Counted from the first letter of the stretch, positions 8,930 to 19,971 are shown. The stretch is 64,000 nucleotides of DNA from Patescibacteria group bacterium (GCA_041658785.1 JBAZZL010000003.1:639-64638); one strand, 5' to 3'. Program-made: numbers and translations. Notes: generated by a model not told the origin, from the letters alone.

Positions 8930-9320
8930 GAGTTGTTTGGAAATTGGAAATTAGTAATTGGTAATTTGTTTTATTTGAGCTAAATTTTGTCATAAAAAAT
9001 ATGTCTATTCTTTACTTGACATATTTATTTGGCTATGTTATACTATGTTTATGATTAGCCAAGAAAATTGTATCTCCATCTTAAATTATTTCATGGGGTT
9101 TCAATGAAAAAAAACGTATATTTGGCTAAAATAACTGTTGTAATTAGTAAATGGTAAACAGTAATTGATAATTGTTCCATTGCCCCATTGTCCTATTGTC
9201 AATTACTAATTACAATTTACAAATTACCCAATCGCCCAATTACCAATTTCTATTTACCATTTACCCTCAAATTAGAACCATCCGTAAATCAGGATTATCC
9301 GTCATCCGTAAGTTAAACCT

Positions 9321-10157
9321 ATGCCCGCCATCAATACATTAACCAACTACGGCTTTGAGCCATCTGAAGCCGAAATCTATCAGATATTAGTAGAAAACGG
9401 CGAAATGTCCGTTCCCCGGATATTAGAAAAAACCGCGCTTTCCAGAGCTAGTATTTATGATTCTCTAACCACGCTCATGGCCAAAGATCTGCTGGATTAT
9501 CGCAAGGACGGCCGAACCGCCCTGTACAAACCAACACACCCGAACAAACTGTTTGGCTTAATTGAACAAAAAAAACGCGAGACCGCGCTTTTGAATCAAG
9601 AAATGGAAGAGACGATTAGAGGATTCACCGGCGCTTTTAATCTGTCGCAGAATCGGCCGGGGGTGAGGTTTTTTGAAGGCGAAGAGGGAATAAAAGAAGT
9701 AACTTTTGATTCTTTGAAATCCAACGGAGATATATTAACTTATCTAGACGTGGACGCGACCCAGAAGTACATCGCGGAAATGAATAAAGAATACGTGGCC
9801 GAAAGAGTAAGATTGAATATTAAAAAAAGAATGATTGTGCCGGACACTCCCCAAACCAGAGAGCGGTATAAAAATTATTCTCCTCTGCTGGAAGTCCGGT
9901 TGATGCCGCCGAACATTAAACCGTTTAGGACTATCACGCAAATTTACAATAACACTGTTTCTTTTTCCACTTTGAATGAACAAAAAATGATCGGCGTGAT
10001 CATTGAGGATGAACAGATTGCCGAACTGCACCGTTCGGTGTTTGAGTTTGTCTGGCAGTCCCTCCCGGATATTCAGTTGATTGAAAACAAAAAATCTACG
10101 CCGCCTCCTTCAATTCCTCCGCCGCCTCTTCAGCCGCCGCCGGCCGCAACATCCTAA
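9321..10157 (+). CDS. TrmB family transcriptional regulator
   Basis: N-terminal HTH (GFEPSEAEIY..L, LSRASIYDSL) and VRFFEGEEGI motif. Confidence 0.85.
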   Translation: MPAINTLTNYGFEPSEAEIYQILVENGEMSVPRILEKTALSRASIYDSLTTLMAKDLLDYRKDGRTALYKPTHPNKLFGLIEQKKRETALLNQEMEETIRGFTGAFNLSQNRPGVRFFEGEEGIKEVTFDSLKSNGDILTYLDVDATQKYIAEMNKEYVAERVRLNIKKRMIVPDTPQTRERYKNYSPLLEVRLMPPNIKPFRTITQIYNNTVSFSTLNEQKMIGVIIEDEQIAELHRSVFEFVWQSLPDIQLIENKKSTPPPSIPPPPLQPPPAATS

Positions 10158-12348
10158 CATATTCCTTGCCGGATTTGGGATTGATATATTGGTCAATGAC
10201 TGCAAAGCCCAGCCGCGCGTACAATCTTTGAGCCGGATTTTCGGTCCGCACATTCAATTCCACGCCGCGGCCTGGCGCTTCTCTCGCGAGCGCTTCTTTC
10301 AAAAACGCGTTGCCAATGGCCATGCCTTTTACATCCGGCCGCGTGTTGATAAAACCGGTGTACAAATTTCCATTTGCCAATTCATCAAAACGAGCGAAGC
10401 AGATGATTTCCCCGTCCTTTTTCAACAGGTAAAATTTATGTCCGGCCTCTTTCATCACCGGATCAAATTCCTCTCGCACGCGAAATTCGGCAAACTCCGG
10501 CGAAAGTTCGGCGCGATTATCATGAAAAATTCGGCGCATGGCAGCGATATCTTCCCGGTTAAGCCTGCTGGAATCAGAGCTTTGCAGGTCCAACCCTCTT
10601 ACGTCGGAAAAATCAACGCGCTCTTTGCCTTTGAAAGCGGTTTTGAAAATGGCGGCAAACAGCACAATATCGCGGCGGATCGCGTCCAATTTTTGATTGA
10701 TTTCTGTCGTCGGCTCCTCGCCCTTCTTTGCTTCGGCAAACTTGGCCAGCATGCCCGCCGCTCGTTTCAAAATTTCGCCGGTAACCGATTGCGCCGCGAC
10801 CCGCTCCGGCCCTCCGGCCGAAACAAAAAATTGCCTGATCTCCGCTTCCGCTTCATCCGCGAGCGAGACAAGAGATTCGTATTTTCGGAAGATTTTTTCC
10901 GCCGACCGTCCGCTGTTATTTTCAGCAATCGCAAAAATTTTATCACCCGCTTGCGCGTCCAACTCCAAAGAAATAAAACTCTTAAGCCCCGCTTCGCCAT
11001 ATTGTCGGACAAATCCCAACGCTTTTTCCTGCTCCGCCGCGCTCGCGCGCAACGCAAACCGCATAAACCAGGCCTGTTCGCGAAAATTGAGATTGTTAAA
11101 GCGCACGCCGGTATCTTTGAAAAATTCGTCGTCGTAAAATTGAAAATAATTTCTCTTAAATTCTTCCAAAATTTCTTCCTGTTGCCTTCTTTCTTCACTG
11201 CCCTCGGCCGCCGGAGCGGAAAAAAATTGTTCCAGAGTAAAATTAAGCACCGTTGCTTTGACCTGCTTTTCTTCGGAGCTTAAATCGCCCAGATTAAAAA
11301 ATTTCTGCAATACCCGCTCTTCATCAAACACGCCGATCTCCCCGTTGGCAGTCAGACGGCGGACGGAATAACCGGGATTATTGTATTCTCCTAAATCATA
11401 TAGCCGTTCAAGATAACGGACGCCTTCTGCCGAGATGCCGATCTGGCCGAATTCCAGCCGATGCAGAACGCGCGACACCCGCCGGTTGAGCCACGCCTGT
11501 TTCCGCGCCGATTCAGGATTATCATCCGGTTTCTGCCGCAACAGCGACAACAGCCGCGCCGCCGCGTGATCGGGATTAATCTGGGAAAAAACCAGGTCCG
11601 CCCACTTGGTCGCATCTTCGCCATATTTAGGTATTAACTCAATAAGTTGGTCAATGGTTCTCTCGCTGCCAAAACAGCCGATTTCTCGCATCGTTTGATT
11701 CAAAACCAGAATAGGCTCGCGGGTCAACGAATTGCCAAACTGATCTGAATCATGTTCCCACATATCAACCATATAGTCCGGTTCATCTTTGTCGTCTTCG
11801 TCGCCGATGTTTACAATCTCAAGTTCTCCTCTAGCCGCCATTTCTTTTTCCAGTTTCCACTCTTCGCGCAGTATTCTGGCGGAACGTTCAATGATCCGCT
11901 CAATCACGCTGTCAATAAATTCTTTGGTAATAGCGTCGGGATTTTTTTGAGCCGTCTTTCTTATTTTGTCCACCAGCGCCAAGATCATAAAATCTTCGCC
12001 ATTTTCCGGACCGCCAAAATCATAAAGAATATCCAATTTATCCCAGTCTTGGCGATATTCGGCTCGCGCTTCTTTTTTTGGAATGTCCTCGGTTTTTGGT
12101 CCGATAAAATATCGTACCAATTCTTCCCAGTCATCCGGTCCGGTTATTGGGGTTTTCATCACTTGCTGTCTCGCTTGCTCGCGCAATTGGAATAATTGTT
12201 CCGGCCCGTCATAAGCATTCTCAAGAGATTCAGGGTCTATTTGCGTCAAAAAAGTTTCCAAATCCAAAAAGAGCTGGCGCGGGCCGCTGGCGGCTAAACG
12301 GTCTAAACTTGAGTCGGGTATACCCGGTTGGATTACTTCTTTTGACAT
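10096..12348 (-). CDS. Large protein with C-terminal GNAT domain
   Basis: KGMAIG and NPAQRLYARLGF GNAT motifs; start uncertain (12348 or 12441). Confidence 0.7.
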   Translation of the reverse strand: MSKEVIQPGIPDSSLDRLAASGPRQLFLDLETFLTQIDPESLENAYDGPEQLFQLREQARQQVMKTPITGPDDWEELVRYFIGPKTEDIPKKEARAEYRQDWDKLDILYDFGGPENGEDFMILALVDKIRKTAQKNPDAITKEFIDSVIERIIERSARILREEWKLEKEMAARGELEIVNIGDEDDKDEPDYMVDMWEHDSDQFGNSLTREPILVLNQTMREIGCFGSERTIDQLIELIPKYGEDATKWADLVFSQINPDHAAARLLSLLRQKPDDNPESARKQAWLNRRVSRVLHRLEFGQIGISAEGVRYLERLYDLGEYNNPGYSVRRLTANGEIGVFDEERVLQKFFNLGDLSSEEKQVKATVLNFTLEQFFSAPAAEGSEERRQQEEILEEFKRNYFQFYDDEFFKDTGVRFNNLNFREQAWFMRFALRASAAEQEKALGFVRQYGEAGLKSFISLELDAQAGDKIFAIAENNSGRSAEKIFRKYESLVSLADEAEAEIRQFFVSAGGPERVAAQSVTGEILKRAAGMLAKFAEAKKGEEPTTEINQKLDAIRRDIVLFAAIFKTAFKGKERVDFSDVRGLDLQSSDSSRLNREDIAAMRRIFHDNRAELSPEFAEFRVREEFDPVMKEAGHKFYLLKKDGEIICFARFDELANGNLYTGFINTRPDVKGMAIGNAFLKEALAREAPGRGVELNVRTENPAQRLYARLGFAVIDQYINPKSGKEYVRMLRPAAAEEAAEELKEAA

Positions 12349-12530
12349 AATGGCATTTTGAGATGGCGCTTCTTTAGCGTTCCTTATTCTCCCATAAAAA
12401 TCAACCCTCGTCAATTCAGGAATTTCAATTAGAATATTCATGCCAGTGTGGTGTCAATACAAATTTTTATCCCTTTTCCCAAAAATGTGCTATTATATAT
12501 AATGAGTAAGTCCTAATACTATCAACACTT

Positions 12531-14258
12531 ATGCTCCCAGAAAAACTTTTAAATAAACTGCTTGACAGCCAATTCAAAATTGGAAAGAAAGATATGAAAG
12601 GATATATCGCCCGGGCAAAAAAGCTCAACCGAAGCTTGGAAGAGCACCTGGTCCACGAAGGCATTATTGATGAAGTGGAACTTTATACCGAAGCGGCCAA
12701 AATAATGGGCGTGCCAATGATCGCGCTAAAGGGCAGGGAGATAAAAAAAGATGTGCTGAATCTTATACCGCCGCCGCTGGCCCAGACGCACAATGTTATT
12801 GCTTTTGCCAGATCAAAAAACGAAGTGTCTCTTGCCATGCTTGATCCGGAGGACATCCAGACAATTGAATTTATCCAAAGAAAGACCGGATTGTCGCCTA
12901 AGGTTTTTCTTACTGCTCCGAATGACATCAAAGACGCTCTGCATCGGTATCACGCGGATCTGGAAAGCGATTTGCAAATAAACCAGCTGACAGAGGGGGA
13001 AGATATTGAAGCGGGAGAACTGAAGAAAGCGGCGGAAGAGTTGCCGATTGTGAATATTGTCAATAGCATTCTTGAACATGCGGTGTACGAAGGAGCGAGC
13101 GATATTCATATTGAACCGAGCGAAAAAGAAGTCACGGTGCGGTATCGCGTTGATGGGGTGTTGAGAAACGTAATGACTCTGCCCAAAAAGGTAAAAAACG
13201 GCATTATCGCTAGGATAAAGATTTTAGCCAACCTTAAAATTGACGAGCATATGGTGCCGCAGGACGGAAGGTTTAAAATACAGGTGCAGGACGAAAAGCT
13301 TGCCTTTCGCGTTTCAATTATTCCAGTTTATGATGGAGAAAAAATCGTCATGCGTATTTTGCATGAAGGGCAAAAACCTTTATCGCTTGACCAGCTGGGA
13401 TTTTTGCCAGAACCAAAAAAATTGCTGGCGGCCGCAATTTCCAAACCGCACGGAATGATCTTGGTTACCGGCCCTACTGGAAGCGGAAAGACTACCACGC
13501 TTTACTCCATTTTGGGGATTTTGAATAAGCCGGACGTAAATATTTCTACGATTGAAGATCCGATTGAATATCATGTAGACGGCATAAACCAAAGCCAAAC
13601 CAACTCGCGCGTTGGCTTCACATTTGCCACTGGTTTGCGTTCATTTCTGCGCCAAGATCCAGATATTATAATGGTAGGAGAAATCCGCGATCAAGAAACC
13701 GCGGAAATTGCCATCCACGCGGCCATGACCGGGCATTTGGTTCTCTCAACACTGCATACCAATGACGCGCCCACGACTTTACCGCGCTTGTTTGATATGG
13801 GAATCCCGCCATTTCTAGTTGCTTTTACCTCCAATATTATTGTGGCGCAACGTTTGGTAAGAAAATTATGCGAATATTGCAAAAAAGAATTCAAACTTGA
13901 AAGGCAAGCCATCAATGAAATGGAAAAGGCATTCAATACTAAAGAGATTTTGCCATTGTTTAAAAGCCAGGGCATTAAACTTGATTCCAAAGAAAAACAG
14001 TTGTCCAATATGACATTTTATCGCGGCGAAGGCTGCCGGCGCTGCGACAAAAGCGGGTACAAAGGCAGAATTGGCATTTATGAGACGTTGGTTATTGATA
14101 AAGAAATTGTAAAAAAAATTAATGAACGCGCCACCGCCGTTGAAATTGGCGAGTATGCCAAAGATCATGGCATGATTACCATGCTGCAAGATGGATTGGT
14201 AAAAGCCAAACAGGGGATTACCACGATTGAAGAGGTATTGCGAGTTACAAGAGACTGA
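12531..14258 (+). CDS. pilB: Type IV pilus assembly ATPase PilB/GspE
   Basis: GPTGSGKTT, ASDIHIEP, LRQDPDIIMVGEIRD. Confidence 0.92.
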   Translation: MLPEKLLNKLLDSQFKIGKKDMKGYIARAKKLNRSLEEHLVHEGIIDEVELYTEAAKIMGVPMIALKGREIKKDVLNLIPPPLAQTHNVIAFARSKNEVSLAMLDPEDIQTIEFIQRKTGLSPKVFLTAPNDIKDALHRYHADLESDLQINQLTEGEDIEAGELKKAAEELPIVNIVNSILEHAVYEGASDIHIEPSEKEVTVRYRVDGVLRNVMTLPKKVKNGIIARIKILANLKIDEHMVPQDGRFKIQVQDEKLAFRVSIIPVYDGEKIVMRILHEGQKPLSLDQLGFLPEPKKLLAAAISKPHGMILVTGPTGSGKTTTLYSILGILNKPDVNISTIEDPIEYHVDGINQSQTNSRVGFTFATGLRSFLRQDPDIIMVGEIRDQETAEIAIHAAMTGHLVLSTLHTNDAPTTLPRLFDMGIPPFLVAFTSNIIVAQRLVRKLCEYCKKEFKLERQAINEMEKAFNTKEILPLFKSQGIKLDSKEKQLSNMTFYRGEGCRRCDKSGYKGRIGIYETLVIDKEIVKKINERATAVEIGEYAKDHGMITMLQDGLVKAKQGITTIEEVLRVTRD

Positions 14259-14270
14259 TTTTATATTGCT

Positions 14271-15398
14271 ATGCCCAAAAAAGATAAAAATAAAAAAAAA
14301 AAAGAGCGTTCCGCTTTTGAACAGAAGTTTGATTATTGGGCCGGCAAACTTTTCCGCGTCAAATCAACTGACAAGATTTTTTTTGTAGATCACCTCAGGA
14401 TAATGGTAAAAGCCGGGCTTTCTTTGGTTGACGCGTTAAATATTCTGGCCAAGGAGGTAGCGAACAAAAAATTTAAAAAAATTATTTCGCAAATCAGAGA
14501 TGAGGTAGAAAAGGGGAGGCAGTTAAGCGAGGTTTTGGGAGAACATCCAAAGGTATTTCCAATCATTTATGTAAAAATGATTGCGTCTGGCGAAGTTGCC
14601 GGTAAACTGGAAGAGTCGCTGGAGCAGATTGTCAATCAGATGAAAAAGTCGCATGAATTGGTATCCAGCATCCGGGGCGCGATGATATATCCGGCAGTGA
14701 TACTGACAGCGATGAGCGGCATTGGCATTATGATGACTACTTTTGTGCTACCCAAGATTCTTGAGCTATTCAAAGATTTTGACGCCGAGTTGCCGCTGGC
14801 GACGCGGACGCTTATCGCCATTGTAGATTTTTTGAGCAATCCGGTATATTTGGTGCTAATCATCGCCGTTGCGGCGGGATCAATCGCGTTGTTTGCGGCC
14901 ATGATGAAGCGTTCTCCAAAATTTAAAAAAACTATCCATACAATAAATTTATACTTGCCGATTTTTGGCCGGGTAGTGAAGCAGATAAATTTGGCAAAAT
15001 TTTCTTTGACGCTTTCATCGCTTTTAAAAAGCACGATTCCAATCATTGACGCGATGGATATTACTGCCGATACTTGCGCGAATGTAAATTATCAAGAATC
15101 CCTTCATAGCGCGGCGGTAAAAATGAAAAGCGGAGAGCCTTTGTCAGAAATTTTACGAGAATATGATAAATTTTTTCCTCCCATGGTTACCGAAATGATA
15201 ATGGTGGGAGAGAGATCGGGCGAGGTTGACCAGATGTTGATTGAATTGTCTGAATTTTATGGGCGCGAAGTAGACAAGACGATGAAGAATTTTTCTACTA
15301 TTATTGAGCCGGTTATCATCATCTTGCTGGGCATCGCGGTAGCAGGCATCGCTGTTGCCGTAATAATGCCGATGTTTAGCCTGGCGCAAAGTTTTTAA
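14271..15398 (+). CDS. pilC: Type IV pilus platform protein PilC/GspF
   Basis: Two T2SSF domains (GEVAGKLE, GERSGEVD). Confidence 0.9.
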   Translation: MPKKDKNKKKKERSAFEQKFDYWAGKLFRVKSTDKIFFVDHLRIMVKAGLSLVDALNILAKEVANKKFKKIISQIRDEVEKGRQLSEVLGEHPKVFPIIYVKMIASGEVAGKLEESLEQIVNQMKKSHELVSSIRGAMIYPAVILTAMSGIGIMMTTFVLPKILELFKDFDAELPLATRTLIAIVDFLSNPVYLVLIIAVAAGSIALFAAMMKRSPKFKKTIHTINLYLPIFGRVVKQINLAKFSLTLSSLLKSTIPIIDAMDITADTCANVNYQESLHSAAVKMKSGEPLSEILREYDKFFPPMVTEMIMVGERSGEVDQMLIELSEFYGREVDKTMKNFSTIIEPVIIILLGIAVAGIAVAVIMPMFSLAQSF

Positions 15399-15483
15399 CC
15401 ACGACGCGCGATACCCACGGCACGATTCATTACGAATTGTCCAAATTGAGTCGTGTTGCGTGCATTATGAATCGTGATTTAAT

Positions 15484-16590
15484 ATGTTCACCAATCCTTT
15501 TCCCAACGCATTTGGTCTAGACATCAGCGACCTTTCAGTCAAGACAGTGTGGCTTAGGAATATTTCGCATAGACGAAAATCGCCATCGTATGAATTGGCC
15601 GTTTGCCGATCCGCAAAATTGCCCCACGGCCTGATTGTTAATGGTGAAATCCAAGAGCCGGAATTGGTAAGAAAATATATCAAACATCTTTTGGCAGGAA
15701 AGAAAGGAGAACAGAAGGCCATTAGCGGGAGCTGGGTGGTTGCTTCGCTGCCGGAAACGCAGAGTTTTATAAAAAAACTCACCATCCAAAAACAGCAGGA
15801 TGAAATTATAGAGGACGAGATACTCAGCGCGGCTAAGAAGCATATTCCATTTGACGAGGATAGCTATTATACTGACTGGCAGATTGTGCCGAATGAGACC
15901 GTGAAACAAAACTTTACCAATATATTGGTCGGAGCTGTGCCCAAAACAATTGCCAACAGCTATACTTATCTTTTGGAAAGCATGGGCATGGGAGTGATTT
16001 CTCTGGAAATTGAGGCTCTATCTATCGCTCGGGCGATGATTACCGCGCCGAAGAATTATTCAGGAGAAGCGCGCGCTCTCTTGGATTTGGGGGCGACTAG
16101 ATCCAGTTTTATTATTTATGATCACGACAGCGTGCAATTCAGCATCTCCATCCCATTTTCCGGAGAAATGATTACAACTGCTCTATCGCAAAAGCTGGGG
16201 ATATCGTATGATGATGCAGAGCAGAGAAAGATAAAATGCGGCCTTGATTCAAAGGAGGGCAAAGGAAAGACGTTTATAATAATTTCAACGCTAACCAATC
16301 AATTGGCTGATAATGTAGAAAAAGCGATACAATTCTATTACTCGCATTTTCCCGGCGCGAACAAGATTACCCATATTACTATGTGCGGCGGCATGGCAAA
16401 TTTAAAGAGGCTGGACAAGGTGCTTTCGTTGAAATTGAAAATCAATGCCAAGCCTGGCCGGCCATGGAAAAATCTTATGTCAAAAAAACCAATTCCAGTT
16501 GATATTGAAGAATCCCTTTCGTATGCGACCGCCATCGGCCTGGCGTTGCGCGCCGCGGACAATCCTTTTTTTAGGCATAACATAATATGA
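15484..16590 (+). CDS. pilM: Type IV pilus assembly protein PilM
   Basis: FGLDISD, LDLGA and CGGMAN actin-like motifs. Confidence 0.88.
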   Translation: MFTNPFPNAFGLDISDLSVKTVWLRNISHRRKSPSYELAVCRSAKLPHGLIVNGEIQEPELVRKYIKHLLAGKKGEQKAISGSWVVASLPETQSFIKKLTIQKQQDEIIEDEILSAAKKHIPFDEDSYYTDWQIVPNETVKQNFTNILVGAVPKTIANSYTYLLESMGMGVISLEIEALSIARAMITAPKNYSGEARALLDLGATRSSFIIYDHDSVQFSISIPFSGEMITTALSQKLGISYDDAEQRKIKCGLDSKEGKGKTFIIISTLTNQLADNVEKAIQFYYSHFPGANKITHITMCGGMANLKRLDKVLSLKLKINAKPGRPWKNLMSKKPIPVDIEESLSYATAIGLALRAADNPFFRHNII

Positions 16591-16608
16591 TTTAAGATTT
16601 TCATTAGT

Positions 16609-17136
16609 ATGTTTCCAACCCGCCTCAATTTGTTGCCGCCAGACAAAAAGAAATATCTTCAGAGGATGATATTTACAGAATTCTCCAAAAGCGCGCTGGA
16701 GTCCATTTTGTTTTTTTTGTGCATCATTGGCATCGCGCTCTTGGGCGGCAGGTGGGTGTTGCAGGGTTATTTCAATGGGCTTGTTGAAGGTATCATTGCC
16801 GTTTCCAGCGAATATGCGCATGCGAATCAGGAGATAAAAAAAATCAATCATATATTGCGCGGCGTCCAGCAGATTCAAGACCAGTATTTTTTGTGGACGC
16901 CAGTTCTTTCAGAATTCACCACAAAAATACCAGACGCAGTCATCCTATCAAGACTTTCTTTTGATATAAAAACCAAAACCGCCGCGCTAAGCGGAACAGC
17001 GGCTACGCGCGATGATCTTTTGGATCTTCAGCGCCGGCTGGAATCTCTATCGTTTATCGCGTCGGCGAGCATCCCATTGTCTCAATTAACAAAGAAAGAA
17101 AATATATCGTTTTCACTTACCGCCCAAATGAATTGA
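16609..17136 (+). CDS. pilN: PilN domain protein
   Basis: N-terminal LNLLP, single TM, follows pilM. Confidence 0.8.
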   Translation: MFPTRLNLLPPDKKKYLQRMIFTEFSKSALESILFFLCIIGIALLGGRWVLQGYFNGLVEGIIAVSSEYAHANQEIKKINHILRGVQQIQDQYFLWTPVLSEFTTKIPDAVILSRLSFDIKTKTAALSGTAATRDDLLDLQRRLESLSFIASASIPLSQLTKKENISFSLTAQMN

Positions 17137-17137
17137 T

Positions 17138-17677
17138 ATGAAAACTTTATCGTTACAACGGAAGATGACATTATTTATTATCGGCATCGCGGCAGTCCTG
17201 ATAGCGATTATCTTTTTGGTTATTATACCATCAGTTTCGCACATAAAAAACTTGAAAAAAGATATAACGAAAACAGAAGAATTTTTGGAAGAACAATATC
17301 AAAAGACCCGTAATTTGCAGAAATCCGTCCGCCGTTTTGAGGAGATCTTGGAACAGACGAAAAAATTCAATGGCATTGCTATCGCCGAGGGAGAAGAGCT
17401 GTCCGTCATCACCCAGCTGGAACAGCTGGCGGCGCAATATAATATTGAACAAAATTTGGATGTTCGGTTCAATAGCGAACCCGCCCTTGGAGCAGGCCTG
17501 CGATCCTATACCTTCTCTTTTTTGAATCTCGGTCTTTTCGCGGACCAGATGCGTTATCTCAAATCCTTTGAGCTGCTGCCGTATTATTTGAATATAGATT
17601 CATTGGATTGGCAAGCGAAACAGTCCGAAGGGGCGGTAACATTAAGATTTAATGCCACAGTGTATGCGACTCTTTAG
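17138..17677 (+). CDS. pilO: PilO-like protein
   Basis: TM plus coiled coil; position after pilN. Confidence 0.65.
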   Translation: MKTLSLQRKMTLFIIGIAAVLIAIIFLVIIPSVSHIKNLKKDITKTEEFLEEQYQKTRNLQKSVRRFEEILEQTKKFNGIAIAEGEELSVITQLEQLAAQYNIEQNLDVRFNSEPALGAGLRSYTFSFLNLGLFADQMRYLKSFELLPYYLNIDSLDWQAKQSEGAVTLRFNATVYATL

Positions 17678-18017
17678 TAAATTTGGCAAAATAAAAGAAA
17701 ATGCGGTTTTACAGGCCGTTGAGTACAAACATTTTGCCGCCTTGCGGCTGATAAGCTTGGGCTTGATCGGCATTTTTGCAATTAGCATTATTAGTGTGGG
17801 CTTTTTTATCTACCAACACATCTATACTGTGGTCGGGCAAGTGCAGTCAATACTGGTATTGGAATCGCAACTAGGCGCGGCGGTAGTGGATTTTAACACG
17901 CTTGAAAAAGTTGAAGCCGCCTGGCAAGAAAAGTATTCAGCCAATCCGCCGCTCATAGCCAGAGATCCTTTCAGTCCAGCCAATGTTGCGGCTCTTGAGG
18001 AAGAATCAAAAAGATAA
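17664..18017 (+). CDS. Pilus-cluster membrane protein, PilP-like position
   Basis: Single TM, RDPF motif, operonic. Confidence 0.55.
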   Translation: MRLFSKFGKIKENAVLQAVEYKHFAALRLISLGLIGIFAISIISVGFFIYQHIYTVVGQVQSILVLESQLGAAVVDFNTLEKVEAAWQEKYSANPPLIARDPFSPANVAALEEESKR

Positions 18018-18085
18018 TAAGCGATGGAAATAGTTTTTGCGGTTGGTTTTGATAATTTGGGCAGCATCTTTTGCGAATGAATTTT

Positions 18086-19216
18086 ATGCTTTATTTATTT
18101 CAACTCGGACATCAGCCGCACATCTCCGTTGCTGAAATTGAAGCGGTTTTTTCTAGATTAAGCATTGGATGTAAAACAATTAAACAAGCCGGGCAAAATT
18201 TGCTTATAGAAATTCAAACCAAGCTGGATTGCGGCAAATTGATCCAACTGTTGGGGGGCACAGTAAAAATTTCAGAAAAGATTATTGAAGACAAAAACGC
18301 CATCTCTTCGCTTGTTCAGCACCTAAATAAATTGTATTCAACCGGGAAAATACATTTTTCGCTTTCTGGTAAAAATGCAAAATCAGCGGCGCTTGAAATA
18401 AAAAAAGGCTTAAAAAAAATAGGGCGGTCCGTTCGCTATATTGAACCAAAAAATACCGCCACTATCTTACATAATAAATTAGTAGAAAAAGAGGCTGATC
18501 TCGCTGTCGTCGGCAGTTCAATCTTTGTAACCCGCGCTATTCAGCCTTTTGAAGAATTCAGCGAACGGGATTATGGCCGGCCGAAGAGCGATAGCGCCAG
18601 CGGCATGCTGCCGCCCAAGCTAGCGCGGATAATGATCAATCTCTCAGGATCCAAACAAGGAGAAATAATCCTTGATCCGTTCTGCGGTTCTGGCACAATA
18701 TTAATGGAAGCGGCGTTCATGGGATATACCAATTTTGTCGGATCGGACATTGCTGGAAAAGCCATCCAAGATACTGGACACAACTTGGAATGGATAAAAA
18801 ATAATTTTTCACTCCCCAGTCTTCCTTATCGTTTGTTAAATGCCGGCGCTGCCGAGCTGGGCGAGCGTCTGGATGAGAAATCCATTGATTTTATTGTTAC
18901 CGAGCCATACCTTGGCGGCGCTCTCAAAGGAAATGAAAGCAGAGATAAATTGTCGGCGCAAGCAAAAGAATTGAAAGAACTTTATCTGGGCGTCTTTATG
19001 GTGTTTCATAAGATTCTAAAAGCAGGCGGTTCAGCCGTATTCATAATTCCTCGTTTTAGACACCAAAGCGGTTGGATCACAATTGATTGCGCGGATGAAA
19101 TTAAAAAAACAGGATTTGAAATTATCCCGCTTTCAAAAAAAGAACGGTTTTTGTTGTACTGGCGGACAAAACAACGTCTGGGGAGGGAAATCTGGAAATT
19201 TAAAAAGATCCAGTAA
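18086..19216 (+). CDS. Trm11-like SAM-dependent RNA methyltransferase
   Basis: GMLPPKLARIMINL, LDPFCGSGT, IVTEPYLG. Confidence 0.8.
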   Translation: MLYLFQLGHQPHISVAEIEAVFSRLSIGCKTIKQAGQNLLIEIQTKLDCGKLIQLLGGTVKISEKIIEDKNAISSLVQHLNKLYSTGKIHFSLSGKNAKSAALEIKKGLKKIGRSVRYIEPKNTATILHNKLVEKEADLAVVGSSIFVTRAIQPFEEFSERDYGRPKSDSASGMLPPKLARIMINLSGSKQGEIILDPFCGSGTILMEAAFMGYTNFVGSDIAGKAIQDTGHNLEWIKNNFSLPSLPYRLLNAGAAELGERLDEKSIDFIVTEPYLGGALKGNESRDKLSAQAKELKELYLGVFMVFHKILKAGGSAVFIIPRFRHQSGWITIDCADEIKKTGFEIIPLSKKERFLLYWRTKQRLGREIWKFKKIQ

Positions 19217-19248
19217 GGGTTTTTTTATCTGACTGTCTGCCGTGTCAG

Positions 19249-19971
19249 TTATTTTTGTAGAAAAAAATTATCAACTGCCTGCCCGACCGCGTAGCCGACA
19301 ATCGCCGCAACGCTGGCAAGTCCGAGCATCTCAAGCCCGGCGAGCCACCACTTTCGTTTTGAATACCGCGTGGTAGCAACGCCCAAAAAGAAAAGGCCGA
19401 TGAGGGTTGTAACCACAGAGATTACAATCGCCAGATGCATTTGAAAAAGAAGATAGGGGACCAAAGGAATGGTTCCGCCGGCGATATAAGAAAAGAACAT
19501 GAATGATCCATTTCGAAATGGTTTTTCAAAGTTTTCCGTGTCTACTTTCAATTCCCTATAAGTCATTTCTTTGAGTAGTAAGGCTTCATCCTTTGCCGCT
19601 TCTTCCGCCATTTTTGCCGCCAGATCCTTGGGCCAGCCGTCATCTACATACATATCAAACAGTTCATTTTTTTCATCTTTGGGAAATTTTTTTATTTCTA
19701 TTTTTTCTTCCGCGATTTTCCGTTCGTCGATAACGCGCTTTGATTTGCTGGACAAGAAAGAACCAACAGCCATTGAAATCGACTCAACAGAAACAATAAC
19801 AAAACCAGCCAGAATAACAGTAAAATGATCTTGGACACTGGCGGCGATGCCGGTAATCGCCCCCAAGGTAGAAACCATTCCATCCTCCATTCCAAAAACA
19901 ACTTCCCGCACTGTTGTTGATAAGCCGTGGTTTCTGTGGTGGATGTATTCAGGGTTGTATTCTATTGACAT
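19249..19971 (-). CDS. VIT1/CCC1 family transporter
   Basis: REVVFGMEDG and SISMAVGSFLS motifs. Confidence 0.88.
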   Translation of the reverse strand: MSIEYNPEYIHHRNHGLSTTVREVVFGMEDGMVSTLGAITGIAASVQDHFTVILAGFVIVSVESISMAVGSFLSSKSKRVIDERKIAEEKIEIKKFPKDEKNELFDMYVDDGWPKDLAAKMAEEAAKDEALLLKEMTYRELKVDTENFEKPFRNGSFMFFSYIAGGTIPLVPYLLFQMHLAIVISVVTTLIGLFFLGVATTRYSKRKWWLAGLEMLGLASVAAIVGYAVGQAVDNFFLQK

